DNA of 64,000 nt from Verrucomicrobiaceae bacterium (GCA_051252135.1 JBPOGH010000007.1:96001-160000), one strand, 5' to 3'. Numbered from the stretch's first letter, positions 1 through 10,258 are shown. The notes: generated by a model not told the origin, from the letters alone. Numbers and translations: made by a program.

Positions 1-152
1 TCGGTGAGACACCATTCCTCGTCCATGCGCATGAATCGGAGGGGGAGGCCGGTGGCGAGGCGGAAAGCATCTTCATAAGCCGTGAATTGCTCCGAGGACC
101 GGAGGCGCTCAAAAACGACCTTTTCGAAGGAGGGGAGCGAGGATTCAGGCAT
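1..152 (-). CDS. 5' part of a probable PocR-sensor/AraC-family regulator (runs off window)
   Basis: Manual translation MPESSLPSFEKVVFERLRSSEQFTAYEDAFRLATGLPLRF; 'F..ATGLP' resembles a PocR domain N-terminus. Confidence 0.55.
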   Translation of the reverse strand, partial: MPESSLPSFEKVVFERLRSSEQFTAYEDAFRLATGLPLRFMRMDEEWCLT

Positions 153-271
153 CAATGTTTCCGGGAAGTCGCGGGAGACTAGCGGAGACTTAGGGGGAGA
201 TCAAGGGTGCTCGGCCTTTTTAAAACCCCAGTAAATCGATCAGATTCGCCAAGAATAGGGGTGGGAATCTG

Positions 272-2662
272 CTATGAAGTTTGTTCGGTGAGGAGGTTGG
301 ATATTGGCGACGGGGCTTTGTGTGAGTTTGAGGGAGAGGTCTTGATGGGGCGTCTGGCGATGAGGAGGCTGATGACCGAACTGGCGGGCATGAGGATGGC
401 GGCGACGAGGGGGGTCATGTGTCCGGTGACGCAGGCGGAGATGGCGGCCAGGTTGTAAAGGATGGTGAAGCCGAGAATGAGAATGGCGGTGTGGTGCCGC
501 CAGCGGGCGAGAGCGAAGAGCGTGGGGAGGAAGGAGAGGCCGGGACAGGTGAAGACGAAGTCGGCGGTACGGTCGAGGAGGGAGCGGTCGGCGACGGGGG
601 TTCCGGAGACGGTGGCGGCTGCGAAAGCGAGGGTGTCGTTCATGCCATCGCCGAGGTAGAGTGAGGGTGAGAGTTGTTGGACGAGCTTTTCCTTATCTTC
701 GGGAGCGAGGGCGCCGTGGCTTTGGTTGGCGGGGATGCCGAGGGATTCGGCGAGAGCGGTGACGCGGGATGACTGGTCGCCGGAGAGGATGTGGAGGGAG
801 TGGGATAGGCCGAGGTTTTTGAAGGATTGAATGGCGCGGGGGCGGAGGGATTCACGGAAGTGGAAGCGGGCGACGAGTTGTCCGTCGCGAGAGAGTTCGC
901 AGGAGAGGGAGTCGGTTTTTTCGGTGGTGAAGGAGTCTTTTCCGAGCCAGCCGGGTTTGCCGAGGGTCCAGGTGTGGTTGGCGACGGTGAGGCTGCTGCC
1001 GAGTCCGGGGTGGTTGGTGATGGGGGAATTTTGTGAGGTGGATTTTTCCTGATGGGGGAGGTGTTGGAAGAGGGAACGGGAGAGGGGGTGGAGGGAGCCG
1101 ATGGTGAGGAGTTGAAGGGCTTTGAGGGCTTCGGGTGGGAGGGTGTTGAGGGTGGCGGGATTGGTGAACTCCGGGGTTTCGAAAGTGAGGGTTCCGGTTT
1201 TATCGAAGATGAGATGCCTGATGCGGGTGAGGGCGGGCCAGATGGCGGGGTTTTGGATGAAGACGCCGGTGCGGGCGAGGGCGGCGGAGGCGCGGCGGTC
1301 GAGGAGGGGGATGGCGACGCCGATGGCGCAGGGGCAGGAAACGATGAAGATGGAGATGGTGGTCTGGAGTGCTTCGAGGGGAGCTTTTCCGAGGGCGATC
1401 CAGGTGAGGCCGGAGGTGATGCCGAGGATGATGATGGTGAGGAGGTAGTATTTGAGGATTGTTTGGAGATGGGGGGAGGATTCCTGACGGGCTTCCTGGC
1501 GGGTGAGTCGGGAGACGAGTGAATCGGGATAGGATTCGAGGGCGGAGATGGTGACGGGATTTGCGCCGACGGGGATGGCACCGGCGGGGACGGTGGCGGA
1601 TTCTGCGAAGGTCCGGGCGTCTGGCTCGCCGGTCATCCAGGCGAGTGAGAAGTCGCCGGAGTCCCCGAGGAGGCGGCCGGCGACGGGGAGGGCCTGACCG
1701 GGTTGGATGGCGAGTTTGTCACCGGGAGCGATCGCTTCGGTTTGTTTTTGCGAGCCGTCTTCCAGTTGGATGGTGGAGGGGATGGCGGATTGGCCCTGGA
1801 GTTGGCTTTGGGCGCGCTCGGAGGCGGCGAGGTGGAGGTAGCGGCCGCCGAGCATGAGGAGGGTGAAGGTGGCGACGAAATCGAAGTAAATGAGGTGACG
1901 TTCTCCGGCGAGCCAGCCGATGATGGAGCCGAGGTAGGCGGCGAGGAGGCCGAGGGCGATGGGGAGGTCGATGTGGATGCTGCGGTGGCGGATGGCCGCG
2001 AGGGCTTTGTTGAAGAAGTAGGTGCCTCCGATGAGGAGCGCGAAGGTTGAGGAGACAAAAGAGATGAGCTCGAAGAGTCCGGCATAGGGGAAGGACTCAT
2101 CCATGCCGAGGTAGCGCGGTAGGGTGAAGGCCATGGAGTTCATGGCGAAGGCGGAGCAGAGGCCGAGGCGTGGGATGAGCTTGCGGCTTTCGGATTTTTT
2201 GGCGGCGACGTTGGCGGGGTCTTCGAGGAGGTAACCGTAGCGGGGGAGTTCTTCGGCGAGGTCTGTGATGGCGGAGCTGCCGGTTTCCCAGGTGAATTCG
2301 GCTTCGGCACTGGCGGGGAAGACGGAACAGCGGACGGCTCCTTTTTTTTCGAGGAAGAGGCGTTCGATGAGCCAGACGCAACCAATGCAGGTGACGCCGC
2401 TGACGCGGAGGGTGAGGGATTGTTGGGTCTTGGAGGGGTCGAGTGAGGTGATGAGGCCTCCGAGCCAGTCGATTTGAGGTTTTTCGAAGGGGCGGTCTCC
2501 GACGGGGCGTCCGGATTGGTTGCCCTGGAGGCGGTAGAAATCGTCGAGTCCTTCACCGAGGAGGAGTTGGTTGACGAAGCGGCAGCCGGAGCAGCAGAAT
2601 TCGCTCTCTTGTTCAGAGGGAAGGAAGAGGGTGTGGCAATGGGTGCAGGGCTGCTCGTTCAT
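272..2662 (-). CDS. ccoI: Cu-translocating P1B-type ATPase (CcoI/FixI)
   Basis: N-terminal CTHCH..FCCSGC, HMA CIGC, TGEP, CPC, DKTGTLT, HP, GDGMND. True start MNEQPC overlaps the upstream stop (TGATG). Confidence 0.92.
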   Translation of the reverse strand: MNEQPCTHCHTLFLPSEQESEFCCSGCRFVNQLLLGEGLDDFYRLQGNQSGRPVGDRPFEKPQIDWLGGLITSLDPSKTQQSLTLRVSGVTCIGCVWLIERLFLEKKGAVRCSVFPASAEAEFTWETGSSAITDLAEELPRYGYLLEDPANVAAKKSESRKLIPRLGLCSAFAMNSMAFTLPRYLGMDESFPYAGLFELISFVSSTFALLIGGTYFFNKALAAIRHRSIHIDLPIALGLLAAYLGSIIGWLAGERHLIYFDFVATFTLLMLGGRYLHLAASERAQSQLQGQSAIPSTIQLEDGSQKQTEAIAPGDKLAIQPGQALPVAGRLLGDSGDFSLAWMTGEPDARTFAESATVPAGAIPVGANPVTISALESYPDSLVSRLTRQEARQESSPHLQTILKYYLLTIIILGITSGLTWIALGKAPLEALQTTISIFIVSCPCAIGVAIPLLDRRASAALARTGVFIQNPAIWPALTRIRHLIFDKTGTLTFETPEFTNPATLNTLPPEALKALQLLTIGSLHPLSRSLFQHLPHQEKSTSQNSPITNHPGLGSSLTVANHTWTLGKPGWLGKDSFTTEKTDSLSCELSRDGQLVARFHFRESLRPRAIQSFKNLGLSHSLHILSGDQSSRVTALAESLGIPANQSHGALAPEDKEKLVQQLSPSLYLGDGMNDTLAFAAATVSGTPVADRSLLDRTADFVFTCPGLSFLPTLFALARWRHHTAILILGFTILYNLAAISACVTGHMTPLVAAILMPASSVISLLIARRPIKTSPSNSHKAPSPISNLLTEQTS

Positions 2663-3384
2663 CAGTGGCAGCAGGTGGGGAGTTCGGATTCTTCTGCGGG
2701 GGTGTCGGGCTCGGCGGCATGGGCTGAGAAGGTGGGGAGGGTGTCCTGGAGGCGCCACATCATGACGAGGGCGGCGATGACGGCGAGTCCGCGCTGGAGT
2801 TGCTGGAAGCGGAGGGCGGGCATGGCTTCGCGGAGCCGGGAGAAGGATTGTTGGGCAATCCAGAGGAGGGGGACGGTGCCGAGGCCGAAGGCGAGGGCGA
2901 ACTCGGCACCACGGAGGGGGCTGCCGCTGAGGAGAGTGGCGCCGAAGAGGAGGTAGAGGGGTCCGCAGGGGAGGAGGGGGGTGGCGAGGCCCATGATGAG
3001 GGCGCCTTTTCCGGCGGAGACCTTGAAGGAGCGGAAGCGGGCGCGGGCGACGATGCGGTCGAGCCATTGGGGGCGGGGAAGTTTTTTCCAGAGTCCCAAG
3101 GCGGTGATGATGAAGAGGGCGACGAGGAACCAGGGGAGGACGACGGCGGACGAGCCGAAGATCCAGCGGAGGGGTTGTTGGCCAATGCCACCGCAGATGG
3201 CACCGATGGAGGAGTAGGCGATGAGGCGGCCGAAGTGGTAGCCGAGGTAGGCGAGAAGGTTTCTGGTTTCCCCTTTGCCAACATGTCCCACCGAGCAAGC
3301 GAGCGGGCCGCACATGGCGACGCAGTGCACGCTGGTGACCAGCCCGGTGATGAGGGCGGCCGCTACGGTGAGGCTGGAATCCAT
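2662..3384 (-). CDS. DsbD_2/TauE-SafE-like membrane protein of cco clusters
   Basis: HCVAMCGP, YHFGR, LLPCGPLY, FGLGTVP motifs. Confidence 0.88.
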   Translation of the reverse strand: MDSSLTVAAALITGLVTSVHCVAMCGPLACSVGHVGKGETRNLLAYLGYHFGRLIAYSSIGAICGGIGQQPLRWIFGSSAVVLPWFLVALFIITALGLWKKLPRPQWLDRIVARARFRSFKVSAGKGALIMGLATPLLPCGPLYLLFGATLLSGSPLRGAEFALAFGLGTVPLLWIAQQSFSRLREAMPALRFQQLQRGLAVIAALVMMWRLQDTLPTFSAHAAEPDTPAEESELPTCCH

Positions 3385-3534
3385 TTAGCGTTGGGGAGTG
3401 TGGCTCTCGATGGAGACCGGGACGGACTCGGCACGATGGCGGAGAGCGGCGGTGACGATCACGCTCCAGGCGCCGATGAGGATGACGAAGGCGAGAACTA
3501 CCAAGGTGGCCGGATGTTGGATGAGTGCTTTCAT
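3385..3534 (-). CDS. small single-TM protein (FixH-like position)
   Basis: MKALIQHPATLVVLAFVILIGAWSVIV; abuts next gene, downstream of ccoG. Confidence 0.6.
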   Translation of the reverse strand: MKALIQHPATLVVLAFVILIGAWSVIVTAALRHRAESVPVSIESHTPQR

Positions 3535-3600
3535 TTCGAGGAGGATGATGGGGGAAACGGGGCGGATTTGACTCCGCATGGAATGATTTAGGGTGAGCGG

Positions 3601-5010
3601 TTATTGCTCGGTTTTTTTCAAGGAGGAGGGGTTGGGTCCGACGAATTTGAGGACGTGGGTGATGGAGACATCACCGGGTTGGCCGATGAGCTCGATGGTG
3701 AGCTCGCAAGGGCCGGTGTAATGTTGGTAGGGAACGAGGAGGATTGCGGGGCGGTTGGCCTCCTTTTGGGGAGCTACTTCGATGGTTTGACTGGAGCCGC
3801 TGAGTTCGAATCCTTCAGGGGCCTCGAGGAGGTTGACGGTGAAGGTGGCGGGCTGGTTTCTCTTATTTTGGATACGAATCTGGTAATTGTTCCGGACCGC
3901 TGATCCATCGGTGTAGAAGGGAGGGCCCGCCATGCGAGATGAGGTGAGGCTGTAGGGTTTGGCCTTTTGAACGGCGGCAAGGGAAAGGGCGGCAAGGCCA
4001 AGGCAACCGAGGAAGGCGTAGAGGAAAACGCGGGGACGGAGGAAGCGCTTCTTTTTTCCAGCAAGGCCATTGAGGGAATCGTAGCGGACGAGTCCCTTGG
4101 GGCGGTTGAGCTTGGTCATGATGTCATCACAGGCGTCGACACAGGCGGCGCAGCCGATGCACTCGAGCTGGAGGCCATTGCGGATGTCGATGCCGGTGGG
4201 GCAGACGTTGACGCAGCGGCGGCAGTCGACGCAGGAGCCGGCGTTGGGGTCTTTGGCTTTTCCACGAGGTTCGCCGCGGTCTTCATCGTATCCGATGATG
4301 ATGGTGTCGTCATCGGTCATGGCGGATTGGAGTCGGCCGTAGGGGCAGACCATGATGCAGAATTGCTCGCGGAAGTGGGCGAAGCAGAAATAGAAAGAGG
4401 CGGTGAGGAAGGCGACGATGCCGAAGGAGGTGAGGTGATCGAGAGGGCTTTCCTGAACGTATCCGTAGAGGCGCTCCAAGGAGACGAAGTAGGAGAGGAA
4501 GACGTGGGCGAGGAGGGCGGCGAAGAAGAGGTAGAGGCCGTGTTTGATGATGCGTTTGGTCGTTTTTGAGAATCCCCAGGGGGCGGCGTCGAGCTTGCGG
4601 CGGGCGGAGGAGTCGCCATCGACGATGCGTTCGATGCGCCGGAACACGTGTTCGAGAAAGACGGTGTATGGGCAGGCCCAGCCGCACCAGAGGCGCCCGA
4701 GAAGAGCGGTGAGAAAAAAGAGGGCGAATCCTGCGCCGGTGATGGCAAAAAACATGACCCAGAGGTCCTGGGGGGCGAGAGTGATGCCGAAGAAGTGGAA
4801 TTGACGTTCGGCGACATCGAGGAAGACGGCGGGGGCGTCATTGATGGTGATCCAGGGAAGGACGACGTAAACGATGAGGAGGAGAACGGCAAAGATGCGC
4901 CGGGCCAGCATGAAGGGGCCGGAGACGTCGGCGGGGTGGAGGACGTAGTGGGAGCCGTCCTGGTTGACCGTGGTGACGGAGTCGAGATTGGGGTTTTTGG
5001 TAGGACTCAC
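3601..5010 (-). CDS. ccoG: cytochrome c oxidase accessory ferredoxin CcoG/FixG
   Basis: WCGWACP, CPYGRLQ, CVDCRRCVNVCP, CIGCAACVDAC; likely GTG start at 5010. Confidence 0.93.
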   Translation of the reverse strand: MSPTKNPNLDSVTTVNQDGSHYVLHPADVSGPFMLARRIFAVLLLIVYVVLPWITINDAPAVFLDVAERQFHFFGITLAPQDLWVMFFAITGAGFALFFLTALLGRLWCGWACPYTVFLEHVFRRIERIVDGDSSARRKLDAAPWGFSKTTKRIIKHGLYLFFAALLAHVFLSYFVSLERLYGYVQESPLDHLTSFGIVAFLTASFYFCFAHFREQFCIMVCPYGRLQSAMTDDDTIIIGYDEDRGEPRGKAKDPNAGSCVDCRRCVNVCPTGIDIRNGLQLECIGCAACVDACDDIMTKLNRPKGLVRYDSLNGLAGKKKRFLRPRVFLYAFLGCLGLAALSLAAVQKAKPYSLTSSRMAGPPFYTDGSAVRNNYQIRIQNKRNQPATFTVNLLEAPEGFELSGSSQTIEVAPQKEANRPAILLVPYQHYTGPCELTIELIGQPGDVSITHVLKFVGPNPSSLKKTEQ

Positions 5011-5173
5011 GGAGAGACTGTCGGTCAGATTGGTCTGGATTGCTGCGCACTGATTGTCGAAGACTGTGCGAGGGGTGAGGCGGCCGGGAAAAAAGGAACG
5101 CACCGGTTTCTTTGCAGAAAGCGATGCGTCCTGATTCACCCCGTCAGGGAAGGCGTTTCAGATTGAGGCTGAT

Positions 5174-6130
5174 TTAGAATTCGTAGACGAAATCGACGGT
5201 GAGACGGTTTTCCATGAGGTTGTCTTCTCCGTCCATGAGAGGGATTTCGTAGGCGAGGCCGAAGGTGCCGTTTTGACAGACTTTCGAGCGGAAGCCGACT
5301 CCGAGAGTGATGATTTCGTTGCTGGCACCATTGGCGGAGCCGAGGTTGATGAGATCGCCGCCTTCGAAGTTTGCCACGAGGGGAACGGTGTTTCCGAGTT
5401 GTCCGTCGAAGGTGGAGGTGCCGTCTCCTTCGTTGAAGACGTGGAACCAGTTGAGTTCGATGAGGGGAATGAAGAGGGGGTTGACTTCATAGCTGGCGTG
5501 GAGGCTCACTGATCCGGTGAGGGACTGTGCGTCATCGAAGGGAATGTGGAGGCCGAGGTTGCTGGCGATCTGGAGTTTGTCGTAGAGCTTCAGTCCGGCG
5601 AGGTTGAGATTGAGGGCGCCGTCGCCATTTCCCTGCCAGACCTCGGAGTCACCGGTGGGGAGTTCCACGGTGGCGATGCCGGAGAGGATGTATTGGTCTT
5701 CGGGGCGATAGATGAGGGCTCGTTTGATGCCGAGTCCGAGGTTGGCGAAGCCTTCCTGCGGGGTGAGAGTGGCAGCGGGATTGAAGTCGATGTAGCCATC
5801 CTTGGTGGCGACGATCGAGGTGCGCTCATCGATGGCGATCTCAAACTGAAGGGCGTAGACATCGAAGTCGCCACCGAGCGGGAGATTGGGATTGATGGTG
5901 GTGTTGACCGTGCCGGGAAGGCTCTGGTGCATGTAGATGGCGTGGACCTGGGTGCGGGGCACCGCGAGATCAAAGACGGTGGGTGCGGTGATGGGCCGGA
6001 TGGCGGAGGCGAAGGGGTCGGCCGATGTTGACGCAGGGCTGTCCGGGATCATGGGGTTTTCGGAAAGGTCTCCGGCGAAAACGGGGATTGAAGCAGACAG
6101 GGTTGCAGCGAGTGCGAGTGATGTTTTCAT
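5174..6130 (-). CDS. exported protein, probable outer-membrane beta-barrel
   Basis: Signal peptide MKTSLALAATLSASIPVFA, amphipathic strands, C-terminal VDFVYEF. Confidence 0.7.
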   Translation of the reverse strand: MKTSLALAATLSASIPVFAGDLSENPMIPDSPASTSADPFASAIRPITAPTVFDLAVPRTQVHAIYMHQSLPGTVNTTINPNLPLGGDFDVYALQFEIAIDERTSIVATKDGYIDFNPAATLTPQEGFANLGLGIKRALIYRPEDQYILSGIATVELPTGDSEVWQGNGDGALNLNLAGLKLYDKLQIASNLGLHIPFDDAQSLTGSVSLHASYEVNPLFIPLIELNWFHVFNEGDGTSTFDGQLGNTVPLVANFEGGDLINLGSANGASNEIITLGVGFRSKVCQNGTFGLAYEIPLMDGEDNLMENRLTVDFVYEF

Positions 6131-6248
6131 GAACGTGGTAGTATGATTTGTGCGCTCGGGCACGGTGATATCTAACCACAAAATGGAGGGACGTTATGCG
6201 CATGGCTTGACGATTGATTCGCACTGGTTGCGCGAGATATCAGGGCAC

Positions 6249-6272
6249 AAAAAAACGGCACCGGGGTGCCGT
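6249..6272 (-). terminator. rho-independent terminator after rhodanese gene
   Basis: Minus strand ACGGCACC-CC-GGTGCCGT followed by a T run. Confidence 0.7.
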
Positions 6273-6306
6273 GAATTAAAGTTAAGAAAGCGGGGTTTTT
6301 CGGGGA

Positions 6307-6735
6307 TTACTCGGTGGGGTTTCCGGCTTCCTGCCAGGAGATGAACCCTTTGTTGAGGTGGTAGATTTTTCCGAATCCGAGTTCTTTCCAGGCGTCGATG
6401 GATTGGGTGCTGCGGCCACCGCTTCGGCAATGGAAGAGGTATTCCTTGGAGCGATCGAGTTCGGCCAGCTTGTTTTTGAAATCGGGGTTCTTGAAGTCGA
6501 TCATGATGGCGCCGGGAAGGTGGCCTTCGGCAAACTCTTCCGGGGTGCGGATGTCGATGACCTGTGGTCCGTCATCGAGGCTGAGGAGGGCTTTGGCCTC
6601 TTCGGCGGTGACGTCCTGAATCTGAAATTCGACGACGGCGGCGGTGTCTGATGCCGGGGCTGGCTCCTTCTCCTTGCACGAGGTTGTGGTGAGAAGAAGG
6701 GTGGCGGACAAGATGGAGAAGGCGAAGGTTTTCAT
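6307..6735 (-). CDS. rhodanese-like domain lipoprotein
   Basis: Lipobox TTSC; DIRTPEEF..GHLPGA; CRSGGRS. Confidence 0.88.
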   Translation of the reverse strand: MKTFAFSILSATLLLTTTSCKEKEPAPASDTAAVVEFQIQDVTAEEAKALLSLDDGPQVIDIRTPEEFAEGHLPGAIMIDFKNPDFKNKLAELDRSKEYLFHCRSGGRSTQSIDAWKELGFGKIYHLNKGFISWQEAGNPTE

Positions 6736-6753
6736 CAGGGTATTGTTACGGTT

Positions 6754-7377
6754 TTACTGCTGAAAGTCTTGCGGATTTTTCGAAATGATGAAGGCCACCA
6801 TTTTGGCAATCTGATCAGGTGAGTAGGTTTGGCCCCAGGGGATCATGCGTCCGCCGGAGGGTTCCATGCCTTTGCTTTCGGCGGGGGTTCCTTCGTTGAT
6901 CAATTTGAAGATGTCCATGGGGTTGGCACCGTATTTCCAATCTCCATCGACGAGGGAAAGGCCGAGTTTGAGAGGGGCATCGAGATCCGGTCCGTGGCAA
7001 GCAATGCAGGCGGTGTTGTAGAGGGTTTCGCCTTCGGAGACGATGGCTGCGTCTTTGGACCATTCGTTGATGAGGATGGAGTCATCGAGGGTTTCGAGGG
7101 TGGCGAGGAGTTGCTTTTGTTTCTCTTCATGGATGGCGGACATCTTGTCTTCGACCCGTTGTTGGTCGGTTTTTACAAATCCGGTGTCGTAGTAGAGGAA
7201 CCACATGACAAAGAAGATGATGATGGCAGCGAAGAGGGTGAAGAGCCACCAGTTGGGGAGTTTTTGGTCGAGTTCCTGGATGCCATCGTATTCATGCTCG
7301 CGCATGACGATTTCCCCCTTTTCGCTGGCGTAGCCGGCGCGGCGGTATTCTGCTTTGGGTTCGTTTGATTCGTCCAT
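6754..7377 (-). CDS. ccoP: cbb3 oxidase subunit III (mono-heme CcoP)
   Basis: HEYDGIQELDQKLPNWW; single CIACH. Confidence 0.9.
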   Translation of the reverse strand: MDESNEPKAEYRRAGYASEKGEIVMREHEYDGIQELDQKLPNWWLFTLFAAIIIFFVMWFLYYDTGFVKTDQQRVEDKMSAIHEEKQKQLLATLETLDDSILINEWSKDAAIVSEGETLYNTACIACHGPDLDAPLKLGLSLVDGDWKYGANPMDIFKLINEGTPAESKGMEPSGGRMIPWGQTYSPDQIAKMVAFIISKNPQDFQQ

Positions 7378-7389
7378 GGCGTTGGGTGC

Positions 7390-7563
7390 TTAGGGTTGAT
7401 CAGGAGCATCGTCCTGAAGTGGGAGGGTGGAGAGGTGTTGGCGGGTTTCCTTATTCATGCGGATGGCCCGGATGATGACGAGAAGGAAGAAGACGAAGGT
7501 GATTCCGAAGGCGATGACGGGGACCACCATCGTCCAGTCTTCATGGAGGATTCTTTTAAACAT
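7390..7563 (-). CDS. ccoQ: CcoQ-like small subunit (57 aa, not in ORF track)
   Basis: MFKRILHEDWTMVVPVIAFGITFVFFLLVIIRAIRMNKETRQHLSTLPLQDDAPDQP; one TM plus LPLxDD, between ccoO and ccoP. Confidence 0.75.
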   Translation of the reverse strand: MFKRILHEDWTMVVPVIAFGITFVFFLLVIIRAIRMNKETRQHLSTLPLQDDAPDQP

Positions 7564-7587
7564 GATTATGGTGAGTTGGTGATTTTG

Positions 7588-10083
7588 TTATTTTACCTGG
7601 GCGGTTTTTTCGACCTTGTTGGGGTGCCCGAATTCGCGTTGTTGATCGGGATCGAAGGTGTCGGGTGTTTCCTTTTCGAGGTTTTGTTCCTGGTAGGTGC
7701 CGAGTTTTTGGAGGTAGGCGATCATGGCGATGATCTTCCGTTCGGCGAGGTAGTTGCGGAGTTCGTCGCCGGTGAGTTCGGGTTGGTCCGGGAGGTAGGC
7801 GTCGTTTTTGAGGGTCTCGGCGATCGCGAGGGCCTGTTCCCGGGCACTTTGTTCGATCTGGTCTTTGGACATGGCGGGGTAGGGAACGCCGAGGCGTTGC
7901 TGGACCGCGATGCGTGAAGGCAGGGATTTGAAGTCGGTCTTCTCTTCAAAGAACCAGGGGTAGGCCGGCATGTTGGAGCCGGGTGAGGTCTGGCGTGGAT
8001 TCAGGAAGTGGTTGAAGTGCCAGCTGTTGGGACGGAGGCCCACGCGGACGTGTCCGGCATCATCGATGGGTTCTCCGCCTTCACGGGCGAGGTCGGGCCC
8101 GGTGCGCTTGGAGCCCCACTGGTGGGGGAAGTCGTAGATGGATTCACCGAGGTGGGAGTAGTCGTCGGTGACTCCGGCACGGCCGTAGCGCATGATATCG
8201 GGGACGAGGGTCCGGATCATTTGGGAGTGGCAGTTGTAGCACCCCTCGCTGACGTAGATATCGCGGCCGGCGAGTTCGAGCGGAGTATACATTTCCTGAA
8301 GGCGGCCCTCGATGTTTTGGGCGCGGTCGACCATGAGGGTGGGGATGATTTGGACCATGCCGCCGATGGCGACAGCGATGAAGGAGAGGATGGTGAGGGG
8401 GATGTAGTTTTCCAGAAGGGTGTCGTGGAAATCCGCCCAGCTTTTGACGTCCTTGCGGAAGGCGCGGACGGCGAGGAAGGAGAAGACGATGACCATGGCC
8501 ATGGCGGCGATGTCACCTCCGCGAGGGGCGAAGATCCAGAGGATGAGGAACATGATGACGATGAGCACGTGCTGGACGGCGCGGTGGCCGAAGACGGCCT
8601 TGAGACCGAGGAAGTCTTTTTTGGTACGTTCCAGGGGAGTGACCTCGACGGTTCCGTTGACGGCCGAGCCGGAGCGGGCGGTTTTCCAGATGTTGAAGGC
8701 GAGCAGCAGATATCCGAGGAGGAAGAGGCTGCCTCCGAAGCTCCGGAAGTAATAGGGCCAGCGGATGGCGAGGAGGGTTTCAACGAACTCGTATTTCAGG
8801 GCGGTGCCCTGCTCATTCATTTGGCCGAGCATGAGACCTTGGGTGATGCCTGCGGTCCACATGGCGGCGACGTAGAGAAGGATCCCGACGAGGGCGGTCC
8901 AGAAGTGGAGGTTGGCAAGCGCGGGTGACCAAAGTTTGGTTTTCCACATGCGCGGAGCCATCCAATAGAACATGCCGGCTGCCATGAGGCCATTCCAGCC
9001 GAGGGCACCCGAGTGGACGTGTCCGATGCCCCAATCGGTGTAATGGGAGAGCTCGTTGACGGCGCGGATGGAGAGAAGGGGGCCTTCGAAGGTGGCCATT
9101 CCGTAGAAGGTGACACCGGCGGCGAAGAACTTGATGACGGGGTCGGTGCGGAGTTGGGCCCAACCGCTGCGGAGGGTGAGCAGTCCGTTGAGCATGCCGC
9201 CCCACGAGGGTGCCCAAAGCATGAGCGAGAAGAGCATGCCGAGCATTTGCAACCAGCGGGGAAGGGCGGTGTTCAGCAGGTGGTGGGGACCGGCCCAGAT
9301 GTAGATGAAGGTGAGGGCCCAGAAGTGGATGATGGAAAGTCGATAGGAGTAGACCGGGCGATTCGCTGCCTTGGGCAGGAAATAATACATGATTCCCAGG
9401 ATGGGAGTGGTGAGGAAGAAGGCGACGGCATTGTGCCCATACCACCACTGCACCAAGGCATCCTGAAGTCCGCCGAAGATGGGGTAGGAGTGGGTGAGGG
9501 AGGTGGGAATCTGGAGGTTGTTGACGATGTAGAGCATCGCGATGGTGATGATGGTCGCGATGTAGAACCAGAGGGCCACGTAGAGGCTGGGCTCATTTCG
9601 CTTGGCGAGGGTCCAGAAGAAGTTGACGCCAAAGACGACCCAGACGACGGCCACGGCGAGATCGAGCGGCCAGATGAGTTCGGCGTATTCCTTGGATTGG
9701 GTGAGGCCGAGCGGGAGGGTGATGGCTGCTCCCAAGATGATGAGTTGCCAGCCCCAGAAGTGGATTTGTGAGAGTCTGTCCGAGGCCATGCGGCATTTGC
9801 AAAGCCGCTGGGTGGAGTAGTAGATGCCGGAGAAGGCCATGTTCCCGACGAAGGCGAAAATGACGGCGTTGGTGTGAAGCGGGCGGAGGCGGCCGAAGGT
9901 GATCCAGGAGACTCCATCGGATTTGAATGCGCCGAAGGTGATGGCCTCGAGGAAGGCTCCGTTCATTCGCCAATCGCTCATTTGGAGGGCGATGATTACG
10001 CCAACAAGCATTCCTACGATGCCCCAGATGATGGAGGCGATCATGAATTGCCGCGGTGTTTTGTCGTCGTATGTGATGGTCAT
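7588..10083 (-). CDS. ccoN: fused cbb3 oxidase subunit I/II (CcoNO)
   Basis: GRLRPLHTN, QWWYGHNAV, WAGPHH, GHVHSG; C-terminal EGCYNCHSQMIR, WGSKRTGPDL. Confidence 0.97.
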   Translation of the reverse strand: MTITYDDKTPRQFMIASIIWGIVGMLVGVIIALQMSDWRMNGAFLEAITFGAFKSDGVSWITFGRLRPLHTNAVIFAFVGNMAFSGIYYSTQRLCKCRMASDRLSQIHFWGWQLIILGAAITLPLGLTQSKEYAELIWPLDLAVAVVWVVFGVNFFWTLAKRNEPSLYVALWFYIATIITIAMLYIVNNLQIPTSLTHSYPIFGGLQDALVQWWYGHNAVAFFLTTPILGIMYYFLPKAANRPVYSYRLSIIHFWALTFIYIWAGPHHLLNTALPRWLQMLGMLFSLMLWAPSWGGMLNGLLTLRSGWAQLRTDPVIKFFAAGVTFYGMATFEGPLLSIRAVNELSHYTDWGIGHVHSGALGWNGLMAAGMFYWMAPRMWKTKLWSPALANLHFWTALVGILLYVAAMWTAGITQGLMLGQMNEQGTALKYEFVETLLAIRWPYYFRSFGGSLFLLGYLLLAFNIWKTARSGSAVNGTVEVTPLERTKKDFLGLKAVFGHRAVQHVLIVIMFLILWIFAPRGGDIAAMAMVIVFSFLAVRAFRKDVKSWADFHDTLLENYIPLTILSFIAVAIGGMVQIIPTLMVDRAQNIEGRLQEMYTPLELAGRDIYVSEGCYNCHSQMIRTLVPDIMRYGRAGVTDDYSHLGESIYDFPHQWGSKRTGPDLAREGGEPIDDAGHVRVGLRPNSWHFNHFLNPRQTSPGSNMPAYPWFFEEKTDFKSLPSRIAVQQRLGVPYPAMSKDQIEQSAREQALAIAETLKNDAYLPDQPELTGDELRNYLAERKIIAMIAYLQKLGTYQEQNLEKETPDTFDPDQQREFGHPNKVEKTAQVK

Positions 10084-10114
10084 TTTTTTGAAAAATTGAG
10101 TGGTGGGAAGTTGG

Positions 10115-10258
10115 TTAGGATTCGTCGTCCTGAAGGGGGAGGAGGGAGTCGCGCTCGGCGGATGATCGTTTTTTGCCGAAGGCCTGAGTGGAGAAGCAGA
10201 TGATGAAGATTCCGGCGAGAATCATGGAAACGAAGAGGGTGATGGCGATGGCGTTCAT
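10115..10258 (-). CDS. CcoS-like small membrane protein (47 aa, not in ORF track)
   Basis: MNAIAITLFVSMILAGIFIICFSTQAFGKKRSSAERDSLLPLQDDES; ATGA overlap with upstream gene, directly before ccoN. Confidence 0.7.
   Translation of the reverse strand: MNAIAITLFVSMILAGIFIICFSTQAFGKKRSSAERDSLLPLQDDES

Noticed and set aside
2663..3313. 217-aa N-terminal extension of the 1013-aa ATPase ORF
   Set aside because: Arg/Pro-rich off-frame reading of the DsbD_2-like gene; the real start is 2662.
7588..10083. CcoN-CcoO fusion as a novelty (likewise mono-heme CcoP, split pqiA, missing rimP)
   Set aside because: Known arrangements in Bacteroidota/PVC and other bacteria.
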